Shown: positions 49,848-63,487 of the stretch, piece by piece
Numbering within the stretch: position 1 is the stretch's first letter
Layout: every line of letters begins with the position of its first letter
DNA from: Ginglymostoma cirratum
Taxonomy: Eukaryota
NCBI GenBank assembly: GCA_024137785.1
Contig: JAHRHZ010000024.1
Span: 30,932,275-30,996,274, forward strand
Direction: 5' to 3'
Length of the DNA stretch: 64,000 bases
Notes under the pieces: generated by a model
What the model saw: the letters and a program-made list of their open reading frames with translations, nothing else
Database searches by the model: none
What the model was told of the DNA's origin: nothing
Program-made: the position numbers and the translations under genes

Positions 49848-50742
49848 AATTACATAAAAAGCTTAACTGAGCACACACGTGAACACTTGTTGATTTTGAA
49901 CTAAAAGAAAATTAGTAAGTAACATAGTTTTATTTCCAATACATGCAGTAATACAAAATTTTTTAAAAAATCAACATAAGCTATGCTCTCAGACAGTTAA
50001 ACTGATTAAAGTGTCAAATTACACAGCCAACAAAGAATGTTCCAGATAGATTTACAGCCTTTCTCCATGTTAGCTGACCTTCTTAAGGAGGTCAAAGTGG
50101 TATTGAAACTGACTTCAGTGACCCTAGTGAACCTAGGATCATTGACAGGTTGCATTGTAGAAATACAAAGGTAATAAGGACACAATCCACCAAGGTACTC
50201 AGTGCTCATAAGACCAACAAGGATCAGCCCATGGAACATAAACAAATGCTGTCTGAAGCATGGAAGAGAGGGGCAGTCAGTCACTCCTTCAGAGGAACCA
50301 TACTTCTGTATTACGTCAGGGTACAGGAGCAAACTGACAGAAGGAAAATTAGCTGCTTGAAACTTAGTAAGGAAAAAGTGATGTAAAACAAAGAACAGGC
50401 TGTCATCTTCTAAGCTGTAGTGCTAGCTGAATGCACATCTTCTCCCAACATGTCAAACTTGATTTCATGAAAAAGGCTGTATCTGTAAGTACACACATAT
50501 TTCCCCAAGGCCTAGTCTCTAAAGGTGGCATGAGGTGAACAGCACAGCTGACCTCTTGTATAACAGACCACTAAGTCTACCCAGACCACTGGCTGTCCAG
50601 TATACTCTAAAAGGTTGAAAATGTCACAATACAGTTACATTCACACTAAAATTAAGATTTATTTGCAAGATTTAAGTAGAAATAAAGAGTGTCTAGATTA
50701 TTATTGTCTAAGTAGTTGCAAACAGCACACACTGAAGGGCAT

Positions 50743-51082
50743 GGGTGGCACAGTACTTCAGTGATCAGCACTGCTGCCTCTCCGTGCCAAGGACCTGGGT
50801 TCAATTCCAGCCTCAGATGACTGGCTGTGTGGAATGTGCACACTCTCATCATGTCTGTGTGGGTTTCCGCCAGGTGATCCTGATTCCTCCCGTTGTCCCA
50901 AGATGTGCAGGTTAGGTAAATTGGCCATGCTAAATTGCCCCACCTATGTCCAGGGATGTGCAGATTAGGCAGCCGAGCCACAGTAAATGCAGGGTTATGG
51001 GGATAGGGTGGAATGCTCTTTGGAGGGTCAGCGCGGACTCAATGGGCCAAATGGCCTCTTTCCTCACTAGGAATTCTATGAA
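50743..51082 (+). mobile_element. V-SINE (HE1-like)
   Basis: Same head, V-domain and tail. Confidence 0.9.
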
Positions 51083-51544
51083 CCCTTGCGTACTGAGTTC
51101 ATCAACATGCACGGGTACAACCGACAAAATACACACAGGGAAACCCATCCATATATATTTGCTCATGACTTGTTCAGGCCAGTTACTAATTTAAACAAAG
51201 CTATTTAAATTGGTCATTCAATATTTTGTGGAGAATTAACCTCAAAAATGTTCGTTTGCATCTCTCTAGTTTGCTGATTGATGGTAGTAACACATTTTTT
51301 CTGATTTTCTTTCCCTCCTGCTCATCACTTTTCTCCATACTCAATGTCTTTTTTTCCCAGCCTTCCATGTGTGACTTATATCCTGTTTCCTCCACCCTTG
51401 CCTTTAGATTTTTCCTTTTCCTTAATTTGTACATCTTTGTCTTCTTCCCTTTATCTCCTAGAATCTTAAAGTTTCTAGGAAGTCTAAAAGGCGTGGTATA
51501 GGAAAAGTGAGCAGCTAGTCTTTCACTTGAGGGCATAGATTACA

Positions 51545-52390
51545 ACCATAAAATTCACAAGTAGAATTAGGCTATTCAGTCCAACGAGTCAGCTCCATCA
51601 TTCAAGGAGGTCATGCTACTCTGAAAATGTTCAACTCTCCTTTCCCATCTTATCCTCACAACCCTTGATTCTGTTAACGATTTAGAAAGCTGTCTGTCTC
51701 AGCCTTGAAAATATGTTGCAACCTCAACTGCTCTCTGCAGTGAAGAGTTCTACAGATTCACCACCCCCAAAAATAACCTCATCTTGGTGGCTGCTCAGGT
51801 CCTAGACTCTCCCTCAAGGGGTAAATAACATCTCTGCAGGCACACTGACTGCCCCCCTAAGAAACTTATGTTCCAAAAAGGTCTCCTCTCATTCTGCTAA
51901 TCTCCGTGAGTATAAGCCCAAACTATCCAACTTCTCGAAGGATGAGTCGAGGAAAACGTCTCTGCTTGCCTTCAATGCCAGCATATCTTTCCTTGGATAA
52001 TGGGACCACAACTGTTCACAGTAGTCCACTTGTGGCTTGCCTAGTGCTTTCCATAGTTTTAGCAAGACTTCTCCATTTTTCTACTCTATGCCCTTTGAAA
52101 TAAATATATTTCACTTGCCTTTCCAATGATCTGCTGAATTTGAATGTTACCTTTGTGATTCATTCACTAGGATGCCTGCACCTCTATACTGCAACTTTCT
52201 CTATTTAAATAATATGCAGCCTTGTTTTCTTCATATCAAAAGTGCCTAACCTCATATTTCTCCACAATTTTTTACATCTGCTGAGTTTTTGCCCACTCAC
52301 TTGACCTATATATATCCCTCTGCAGTGTCACCCTCATTCTTGCCATCCTACATATTTCTGTTGTTATCTGCGAACTTGGTGACAGTATAT
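51545..52390 (-). mobile_element. CR1 3' fragment
   Basis: Reverse complement of CR1 RT C-terminal and tail sequence. Confidence 0.75.
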
Positions 52391-52741
52391 TAATTTCTGT
52401 TGTCTAAGTCAAACATACACAATAAATAATTGTGACCACAGCCCCAGTTTAAAACTCGTAAAATCAGGATTAAAATACTGGGTAGCAGATCAGAGTGTGT
52501 AAATACAGTCTGTAAACAATCATGCATTCTGGTGCCAAAGTTTCTGAAGGTGATGGTGGGATACAACATGCTGAAAAATATAAACAGCATTCACTGCTTT
52601 GAACAATTCTGCATTAAATTACAGCCATCACTTTAAAACTTACATGATTATCAATACTAAATACTGCAACTCAAGAGTTTGATATTAATTTCAAGTTCCA
52701 TGTTATTTCCTAAAATGTTGCTGATATGTTAGTAAACTCAC

Positions 52742-52824
52742 CTGAAACTGTGGCACTGGAGGCAATTGTGGTGGTATCAACTTCTTCTTCTTCTCATCTG
52801 CCTTTTCAGAATCTGGTTTCTTTG
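52742..52824 (-). CDS. BRD10: BRD10 internal exon (AKKPDSEKADEKKKKLIPPQLPPVPQFQ); no upstream exon found in the window
   Basis: Ends VPQFQ like human VPEFQ before LICT; acceptor ttatcag, donor GTGAGT; 83 bp. Confidence 0.85.
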
Positions 52825-54574
52825 CTGATAACAAAGATGTGATAAGCATATTTAAGTAACTACAGCTCTTCAGAATATTGAGCATGAATTATACTATACT
52901 GAAATTTACCTTTCAAAATAAAATTGTTCTTGCAATCCCGATGAGGAGTTAAGTTCGCTAAGACAAATGTTTCATGGGCATTATATATTTTGACTTTTAT
53001 ACAGAGAGTCACGTATCCTTTGTTGATTTCATGTTGAAAGTAAAACTGCTGTCAAGGTACATATACTGCCTCATCTTGTCACAAATACATGATGTTTTTG
53101 ATAACTTATTTCCAAATACCACAGGTAAGATTAAAAATATATTTGATGAACAGAGCATCATGGTTTATTGGGTTGTCATTCACTGCTCTAATTATCCTAC
53201 ATCAGTTACATTCAAATACCAATGCATATTCAATTGTTTCCATTGGGCTTTTCAGAAATTGAATGCTCTGTGTGCGCCTCACTAAAGTGATCACTCATGC
53301 AATTGAAACTAAACTGGACTATTTAGCTGCGGGGAACGTGCATGTTAGAAGTAATCAGGGGTACCACATTCACACATATATGTAGTTTACACACCATCAA
53401 ATACTGGTCACCTAGTGACAGAACCCTTAATTAAATTTTCTGACCTATAAGATGAGAACTAGATCCATTTCCAGACCCTACTGCCACTCTAGTGCAGCAT
53501 AAATTAGAGACCAAAACTAGCTCAGTGATCATGCACTTATCTTTTCACTGAACCCAAGTAGCACTAATTTCAAATCAGTACAATAGTTGGAATGGATGAC
53601 AGCATAGTGTGAACAGTCTCTGATCCTATAAAAACACCATACAACACCACTAACAAATCAGCTTCCCTCAAGCTCTACAACACCTAATGTTGACCTAAGC
53701 AGTTATTTCCAACACCAAAGATAGACGAAAGTAATGTTTTTACTCCTCTTCATTAGGCTGATAGTGAATACATCTCAAAAACAAATTGATATGTTTCAAC
53801 TAAACCTGGCATACAAATATGCTGACTCAAACAAGAAGAGATCGGTTTTTGGCAAAGGCATGGATCTTGTCGATTCAATGTTTTAAACATTAACACTCAG
53901 AGATAAGGCAAACTTGTTAATTATTTAAGAATATTTCAGATTGTTTCTGCTATGGGGAAATTTGTCACAGTTGTCAACATGTCAGCAGAGTTTCCAGAAT
54001 AGGTTGATGGGTGTAGAATGACCAGAAACCTCCTCAGTAAGATGAAAACACTTAATAAAAACGTTTCTTTTTTTTATGCTGCGCAGTTACAAAAGAAACC
54101 AACGATAGAAAAACCTTGAAGAGCTGTACAACAGTAATGATGTTGAATTACCAATGTGGCAGAGGTATGCACTGAGTACCACCTTCACTTGTCTAATTCT
54201 GGGTTAACTGACTCAAGATTTTTCAATCCATTAAGATAAAATGGGGAAGGGATGCAATTACATGCTACTGAGTGCACAATTGGCATTTGCTTTACTTCCA
54301 GTACTCCAATCATCAACAAGGGGACAAACCTGGAAGATGAACTCGCCAAAGCATTAACATAATATTCTGGAATAATTCACTAAAAAAAAAGGCAGTTGCA
54401 TCTTTAACAATCTAGCTATTCACACAGAAATTAGATAAGGAAAAATTATTGTTAAAAAGACATTTTGTCAAAACTTTTCATCTTCTCATCAGGACATTCA
54501 GTAAAATACCAATGTTATGCGGAATAACATTTTTATTAAGTATAAAACTGTTGCTCCTTTCATTTGCTTTAATT

Positions 54575-55045
54575 AGTTCGTAGGGTGCGAGTCTCACTGG
54601 CTATCTCAGCATTTATTGCCCATCCCTAATTATTCTTTAGAAGGTGGTGGAGAGTTGTCTTTTTGATCCATTGTAGTCTTTGGCATGGAAGAACAGCCAC
54701 AGAGCTGTTCAGGAGTTCTAAGATTTGTTCCTTCATTGTTATTGGCTCAGAGATGCAGTTCTAACTCATGATGGTATGGAGTTTGGAGGGGCAACTTCTC
54801 AGGTGGGATATTTACAAAAACCTGCTGTGCTCGTCTTCGCAGTGGAAGAAGTCACATGTTTGAAAGTACCAGAAGGAGCCTTGATGAGTTACTGCAGTGC
54901 ATTTTATTGATAGCACACACTGCTGCAACCATGCATCATTAGTGAAGGGAGTGAATGTTGAAGCTGGTGGATGGAGTGCCAATCAAATATGCTTTGGAAT
55001 TTTCCTGCTTCCAGCGCTGTTGGAGCTGCACTCATCCAGGACAGT
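54575..55045 (-). mobile_element. LINE 3' fragment sharing its tail with the 5355 SINE
   Basis: GCATTTATTGCCCATCCCTAATT is shared with 5393-5420. Confidence 0.6.
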
Positions 55046-56089
55046 ATTCCAGGATTGATATTCTTGCAAATGCCCTGATAAGAGCAAGACAAAATTTTTA
55101 CAAAATGTCTCATTTTTCAGTATTTATCAAGTACCATATTATCAAATATTTACAAAGAAAAATATTAAAGGCCATAAGAAAACAGCAGAGCATATGCTGT
55201 ATTTGCTTTGATTTAATCCGGGCAATGCCTAAATTCTTGTACGTAACAGCTACATTCAGTCTGGTTCATGGCTGCAAATAGTTCAGAGTTTTCTCTGTGC
55301 AGGTATAGAAGAAAGATTGTTAGAGTCATCATGATAGTCTGCTTTCTGCAAGATCTGGAGGAGTTCCACACAGTAAGAGTAGATCAGGACTTTGGGCAAC
55401 CAGGGGTTAGTAGTATTTCTCAAGGATTTATTTTGTATATTCAAGGCTGTCTTGGCAATCTGTCACAATCTTCCTTTTGCACTCATTCAGGAAAATGCTG
55501 TGCTCAATCACAAAGTAGACAACCTTCACAAATGTGTCCATTTATCTATGCTTGTTGTAATTTGCCCACCATAGACAGATGTGTTTTGATAAAGGTGTCA
55601 ATTTGGCAAACAAAATATTCTGTGGTTTCTGAATATATTGGGTAGGAAGGCTACTAGGTTTGCCCAGTTTTTCCTCTTGACTGAGAAATTGCAGAGTGCA
55701 ATTTTGCCTCTGCACGCTGGCAGTGATTTGTTTCTGTTAGCTTCATTTGCACCCCAACATGGCCATCCAGAGTACAGCATTCAATCTTTAGGGATAGGAT
55801 TCCAGGGCAGGGCATTCTGGTCTTTGATGTAACCTCTATTTCAATTTATTAGTCTTGTCGTTTATATATCTTACAGCTGTAAAAGTTTGGAAGGATTGTT
55901 CACAAATGAACATATTCAGAACAGATCACCAATCTATGCTAAAATCAACAACTTATAACGTGTAAGTTACTGGAACATTTATTTACCTTTACATGTAGCC
56001 GGAGGCTTTAGGATGCATACAGACAAAGCTCATATACACCATGGTTTGATATCCCGACTTTAATAATGCATGTCAGTACTACGATACAT

Positions 56090-56615
56090 AGAACTATAGA
56101 AATGATACAGCACAGAAGGGGTCCAATTCACTCATCCTGTCCATGCCAACCCAAAGATACACAAATGCCCTTTCTAATTCCATTTTTCTGCACACAGCCC
56201 ACACCCCAGCAGCAAAAGTAGCTAAAGGTACTTTTTGAAAGTTTAGGGTATCTGCTGCCATCACCAACTCAGGCAGCATATTCCAGACACTCACCACCTT
56301 TCACACTAAAATAAAACAATCTTCCCCATGTCCCCTCTAATCCTAACACTTGGGTTGAATCTAAAACCTCCAGTTTTTTGAACTCTCTGCTAAAGAAAAC
56401 AGGTTCCTCCTGTCCACTATCTCTACCCAACACAATTTTGCATACCTCAATAATGTCACCCCTTGGGCTTATATGTTCCAAGGAAACCAACCCAACCTCT
56501 CCAATCTCTCCTTGTAGCGACAATTCTCCAGCCCTGGCTTCATCCTAGTAAATCACGGCAACCTCTCCAGAGCAATACATCCTTCCTGAAATGCGACGAC
56601 CAGAAATGCACAGTG
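56090..56615 (-). mobile_element. CR1 3' fragment
   Basis: RGDIIEVCKI and VWNMLPE remnants; CATAGAA tail. Confidence 0.8.
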
Positions 56616-57789
56616 TCTTATACATCCGAGAGGTCCGGTCTGACAGATACTCTCAAGGTTCATCGTGTGATCTTGTACCACAAATTTCAGAAAATCTTAA
56701 AAATACAGAACCCTAGATGAGATGATAATACCGGATTCAATTCTACTATGACCTCCTCTGATGATAAAGCTGAGGTCTTCTTGAGTGCTAGGTTACTAGT
56801 AGGTTATCAAAGTTTGTGGCAGAGAAGTGAACGGAGAGAAAAATAATACCAATGGGACACCAAGTACAAATGCAGTTTATTGGCGATGACTTAATGACCC
56901 TGGTTGCCCTGCCAAAACAATACTGAGTTCAATAACAGCATTAAACAAATTGAAGAGAAGAATTGAGAAATATTACAAGTTATTTAACCATTTACACTGC
57001 TTGCTATTAGCCTGTCAAAGCAACAGGTACTCATTCCCTAACTCGCCATGAGTTTCAAGATGTTTTGGCACGTGGCTATTTATCATCAATTAAGTAACAG
57101 TCCTGATTTTGTTTGCTGAGTTTAACAGTTCAAGTATTCATTAAATAAAAAATTATCTTCCTATAACTTTAATAACCCATTGGTCCAGAAAAGGGAATTA
57201 CAAAATGCTCAGTCTCAATCTTAGATGAATTAAAATCTCTGATATGAAGTTTTCATTTTATTTTCTTACTTTTAAAATATTTTCCCACATTTAAGCCGAT
57301 TTCTCCTTCTGTACCAATATGATTAAGTGCCTTCTGCAGTAAAATTGTGTCAAAATGCCCACAATTAGTGTGAAGTGGAGCTTCAAGATAGCCAAGGAAA
57401 CCCCTCCGTAATCCCATTTGCATGCAAAAACGGTGCTTAAACAAAAATCAAAATAGTCAAGCAGTGTCCTTGCTTTTCAAGTTGTTCACGCTTCATAATG
57501 GCCTGACATTGTAAAATCAAACCATCGAAAAATATTGGGAGTTAGCAGTGGAAAAACACTAATTTTTTTTGGCTTAGCATGCCGCCTTCAAAGAGTCCAC
57601 CATGTTTCCTGTGCTTTTGAGCTGCAGCGCAAAATCGCATAGCATCGCCATGGTCTTTGCAGCTACAGCTTGGTGATAAGGTAGGCATTCACTGGGCTGT
57701 TTGGGATCATCAGGGCGATAATCTTCCTTTACTTTGAGGCTTAGATCAGGAATGCAGACAAACTGTATCAATGAAAGTAAGGATGCTGG

Positions 57790-58835
57790 AGGGATTAACC
57801 ACAACAAAACTAATTTGTTAGAGTTCTTCAGAGGTGTAACAAGCAAAGTGAATAATGGGGATCCTGTTGATATATCTGGACTTTCAGAAGGCGTTTGATA
57901 AGGTGTCGCAAAAAAAATCAATTCTCAAGGTTGGATCGTATGGGATTAGGGGCAATTTATTAGCACGGATAGATGACTGGCTGATGGACAGAAGACAGAG
58001 TCGGGATAAATGCGCTTTTTTCCTGGACGGCAAGAAGTAACTACTGGAATGCCACAGGGTTCAGTCTTTGCACTCTAGCTATTTACAATCTACATTAACG
58101 ACTTGGATACAGGGATAGAAGGCTCCTATAGCCAAATGTGCAGACGACACAAAATAGGTGCAATGGTAAATTGCAATGAGGAAATAAGAACCTTACAAAT
58201 GGATGTCGATAGGTTAGGAGAGTGGGCCAAAATTTGGCAGGTGGCGTTTACTGTGGGTAAGTGTGAGGTTGTGCATTTTGGTCAGGAAAATGGCAAGGCG
58301 ACCTATTATCTAAATGGGGAGAGACTTCGGGGTGCTCCAGTGCAGAAGGATCTGGGCGTCCTTGTTCATGAGTCTCAGAAAACTAGCATGTAGGTACAGC
58401 AGATAATAAAGAAAGTGAATTGAATGTTGGCTTTTATAGCTAAAGGAATAGAATATAAAGATAAGAAAGTTTTGTTGCAAATATACAAGGCATTGGTGAG
58501 ACTGTACCTGGAATATTGTGCACAGTTGTGGTCCCCTTTATTTGAGGAAACGTAGTGGCATTGGAGACAGTTCAGAGGAGTTTCACTAGATTGATCCCAG
58601 GGAAAGAGGGATTTGTCGTATGAAGAGAGATTGAACAGTTTAGGCGTATTCTCTCTGGCATTTAGAAGAATGAGGGGACATCAAATTGAGGTATTCAAAA
58701 TGATAAAAGGTACAGATTAAAAATAGACATGGAGCAGATGCTTCCTTTTGTGGGGCATTCTAAAATGATGGGTCATAGTCTTATAAGGGATAGAAAATTT
58801 AAAACAGTTGAGAAACTCCGTCTCCTAAAGGGTTG
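57790..58835 (+). mobile_element. CR1 RT fragment
   Basis: IYLDFQKAFDKV, PQGSV, LQMDVDRLGEWAKIWQ and KDLGVLV motifs. Confidence 0.95.
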
Positions 58836-61800
58836 AGAGTCAAACATGATGTGCCCTTCCTCAAATAAGGAACGGGACATGCCTCAGGATACTGCATCAC
58901 CGGAAAATGTAGTACATTTCAAATACCACATGGAAAATGAAGAACTAAAGGGTGAAGGAATCAGCATGGGTAAAATTGGGGAAAAGAACTGGCATTTAGG
59001 AATCACTGATGTTGCATGTGCAAGCACTTCACTTTGGATTGAAGAGGCATTAAAGTCATTCATTATTACAGCAATGATTGTCTTTCTGCCATGTGAAAGT
59101 TGACGATCCTTGAATGTCAAAAAATTTACTTCAGCCAACAGTAAAACTCTAACCGCTTCTGCCTTTTATGCATGTCTGCCAAACAGAAATTCGATTTGAA
59201 TACCTATTAAATTGGGAATATACCGGAGCACTGGTGCATCTTTTACACTCTGGAAATATTGCTTAAATTGAGGAATTTGCATTATAACAATTGATTTGCA
59301 AATCTACAAATACCTCAATACAAATAACTTACATCAATAGAACAATGAAAGCTTGAAGAATATGTCATATGCCGTTAGATCCAAAACTTGATCTAGTATT
59401 CTGCAGCAACGTAGGTGGTTGGTTACAAAAAAAGTACCCCATATTAAAAACCAGTGCTGGTGTAAATATCTTATTATTGAAGATCACATCACTTTAATCT
59501 TCAATTAGACAAGAACAACGTACAATTGTGCATCACTACTTTTGTGGAGACCCACCATTAGCTGCAAAACCATTGGGGCCATTTCTATATGAAGGTACAT
59601 ATGCACTCTCTGACCAGGGATGTCCAAATTTTTGCATAAATGGCCACAAAGTTGAGTACTAGAGCTCCCAAGGCCATGTAAGAATTGATGGATGATGAAA
59701 GATTACAGTCCCTCTGGCTTGTCTTCTAGCATCTTGGTAGCAGCAGGATATAATACAGGGACAATTAAAAAATAAAAGCGTTAAAAGCAATTCATTTATA
59801 TTCACAGTTAAAATAATTTAGAAGAACACATCTTGCACAAGAACACTGTGTAGGGAAATAACACTCTCCAGCAACATATAAACACTTCAGAACAGACTTC
59901 TCCAAACATTCAAATACATTAAAATCAAACAAGTAAATTTATATTCTCACAATATGGACTAGATTTTGAGAGGTGAGCCACCTGGGCTTCATATGTTGAT
60001 TATAACTCTAATTCTGCAAAGATTTTGTGCAAATACAATTTCATTCCTATATTGTTAAATGGCAGACATGATGCTTCCTGTGGCTTTTGTAGATGGCTGC
60101 ATGAAAATAGGCTGTAGACAATTTTCTATGGACAATCTAAATTACGAGAGGCAGAATAAACCATCTTGCAAAATTCACCCCCCCACCAAGTCTTGAGGTC
60201 TTCAGCTGGAGATAAATCTTCAAAATGATGGAAAAGTTCCTTTGGATAGGTTCACACATCACAACTGACTTCAATAAACTGCGCATTCAGATATACTTAA
60301 ACATCTAAGTTACAGAAGACTAATGCTCCCCTCAAAAACGCACAGAGCCTTTTAGCTGTGATGGTGCACATGCTAGTATGGGACAAGGTCTGCACAATAC
60401 TTTCCAGACTGCTGCATTGGTGTGTACTCATGCAACATAGCAGGAGCATTGCTCGAGGTTCACCAACACTCAGGCACTTAAAATCAAAAGCAACATTTAT
60501 AAAACTCCGTCACCTCAGTGCTTTAACTGCATGTTTTAATTGCAAATATTTATTCATAAGGTACATTAGTATCCTCAGTAGAACCACACGGATTCATAAT
60601 TTAATCCAAGCAGCACATTGGCTCAGTTGTTAGCACTGATGCCTCACAGCACCAGAGACCAAGGTTTAATGGTGCCTAAACTGCGATTACAGTCTGCGCA
60701 AGGAAACACCTGCATTAGAACAAATGCAGGGACATTCAAATTGCAAATTATAGACCGTCTTCAACACACCAAGAAATTTGCAACTTAAGACAGTGAACAC
60801 ATGCAACTGTGCAAAGGAATGGCTGAATGGAGATCTTATTACCTATTATGCGCAGCAGAGAAATCCTATTATCTCAGACTAAATGGTTGCATAGTTCTGT
60901 CACCAGAATACAAGGACCTTGCTGTTATGGAGGAGTAAACAGATCCCCATTCCAAAAAAGCCAGGAACACCAGTCCTGGAATAGGGATTCTCACAGCTGA
61001 AATCAAGCAGGGGAGCAGAAATCCTGACTGGGGGATTTTGGGGTGAAAAGAATGGTTTCCTCTTTCTCAGTCCTGTTCCTCCTCCTTGCCTGCTCTTATC
61101 AACAGCCATTGGAATGAAATCTCAAATAAAAATTCTCAACTACACAAGTCTCAGCCTTTATACGTTAAATACAATAACCGTTTCCAAACTGCCCAACATA
61201 CATTAAATGTGGTCACAGTAGTAGGTGACCAAACTTCCAGGGCTGAAAGATAAATGAATTGGCAATTTTATATCACCAACACATCAGATACAGATCAGGT
61301 TGAATCCTACTCCATCCCCAGTCACTTCAAGCATTAGGAGCTGCAGTCCAGAGGAAAGGGCTCCCAAGCAGAGGTTTGGAGGACTTTAAAGCTCCAATTT
61401 GGCTAGGGTCAGCAAGGTATTATTGCCATTAAGCAATTCATCTTCAGCAGGCAGCTAATAGAGCAGATTCCAAAATCAAGATAGCCCTTCCTTGATTGAA
61501 AATGAATGGTAATTATAAAGGCACTGGCCATAATTTTGTAGCATCTGTCAAAGTCAACAAAGAGGGCTGATAAGGATAATGCTGTTGATGCAGTACATGT
61601 GGAATTCCAAAAGTCATATGACATGTAACACAAATAGCTTTGAGCAAATTCACAGCAAAGCTGTCATTTATGACTTGCTCTTTACTGAGAAAGCTTCCCC
61701 GTGCAAAAGGTCCTGTGTACATGATCAACCACTGTTGCCAAAACATTCACATCTTTAAATGATAAAAATACAGTATTGGGATAGCCAACATACAGAAGGT

Positions 61801-63260
61801 CCCCAAGATAACAGCTGATTGAAAAGGATCTTGGAGCAGCAACAACTGGAACTCAGCAAACAGAAAATGAAATGAGATCACCCCCTGCTGGCAGCACTCC
61901 AGAATCTTAGGGACCTTCAGCATCACAATTAGCTAAAATAACAAGTAAGAATGAACAAAAAGTGCTGTATGAAATACAAGCATGCGGGAATATTTTCTTC
62001 TTCTGGTTTACTGCTCAGCAATTAGCTTTACAAAATCATGGACACCTTCAAATAAAAGGACTTCTTGAACAAGTCTCTTAGGTCTCCCTATTTTACAGGT
62101 TTCATTGTACCATAACATTTTTTTTCAATGTTGCATAATCAACTCCCAAATAATATAAAGCACCCAATTACTGTGAGTATGGATCAAACCACTAACTCGC
62201 TGATAACTGGCACGTAGGGGGGGAAAAAATAAATCTATTTTCGACTATTTTTATAAAAAATCTATTTTTTAATGAAAATGCACCAATAATGGCAATGCTG
62301 TGATATTTTTAATTTAGTGACAGCACTAGCATCATCCCCACTAATGTAACAGACATTAAGTCAGCACAATTTCACCATGATTAAATACCCACAGCCAACT
62401 TAACTCATCTCACTACAATAATGCAAACACTCATTCACGCTTTTGAGCTTCAGAACTTATTCCCCCAATTTTCTCCTCCTCGACCTAAGCACCTGTATTG
62501 CCGTAAACGTCACCTAATTTAGAATTCCACTGCTCATGGTCTCTACTGGACAAACTCCTACATTTACAAAAAAAGTGTCCTTGTGAATTACATCTCTGTT
62601 ACAACAATGTCAGGATTTTCACTCACTTACAAACCCCAGCTAGAGATTCTACCTCAAGCATACATTCTAACTTGAACTCCAGAATATTGCTTGTTTTCTT
62701 TGGATTCCACCAGAGACAGTTATAGCTATTGTAATACTGCTGTCTCATAGAAGCTCTTGAATATGTACACTTAGATTCCCTTTTTCCAAGTTTAAATACA
62801 TCATATTCCTTCACCCTTCTTCAGTTACATCACCAGTTTAACAAATCCCACTGTTAAGCTCTTCCTTCACAGTGCCATATACAGTAAAATTTGAACTGTC
62901 AAGCATGTTCAACAGGATTGAATGCTGTCATTTAAATCAAAAATATTGGTTAATCCGCTAGTAAATAACTTAGCTACCTTGGGAAATATTTCCAGCAGTG
63001 CAACCTCTTCAGGTTAACCACATTGGTAATTATTATAACAACTTTTTTTTAAAACAATTGTTACATTCAATTAAAAGCTGCCAATGTTCAAAACAACCAT
63101 GGTCTGGCAATAATAAATATTCTAGGCAAACACTCTGACAATCTGTCATAATGATAAGGCAGAGTGCCAGTTAAGGACTTGACTTTGCTTTGACCTGGTC
63201 CTTGCAGGCATTTGGGAAAGGCAAGAAAAAAATTGCCAAAATAAAGTTAACACAGATATC

Positions 63261-63393
63261 GGATTTCTGAAGAAGGGTCTAGGCCCGGAACGTCAGCCTT
63301 CCTGCTCCTCTGATGCTGCTTGGTCTACTGTGTTCATCCAGCTCTACACCTGGTTATCTCAGATTCTCCAGCATCTGCAGTTCCTGCTCTCCC
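63261..63393 (+). mobile_element. Solo Penelope terminus with a 14-bp TSD
   Basis: TTAACACAGATATC at 63247-63260 and 63394-63407. Confidence 0.88.
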
Positions 63394-63487
63394 TTAACAC
63401 AGATATCTTTTGGACACCATGACATCTAGTGGAAGGACAGTACAATGCAGGCCACACTGTTACTGTAGGCAGACAGACCTCCAGGAA

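Noticed and set aside
55130-55860. Cluster of medium ORFs that looked like a pseudogene
   Set aside because: No recognisable protein motif in the frames I translated; cannot be supported
57700-57716. CTGATGA on the minus strand as a possible hammerhead core or snoRNA C box
   Set aside because: No stem II plus GAAA, and no suitably placed D box with a terminal stem
62623-62814. Minus-strand ORF ending at a strong GTAAGT donor, considered as an upstream BRD10 exon
   Set aside because: In-frame stop just upstream and no resemblance to the expected K/H-rich end of the preceding BRD10 exon
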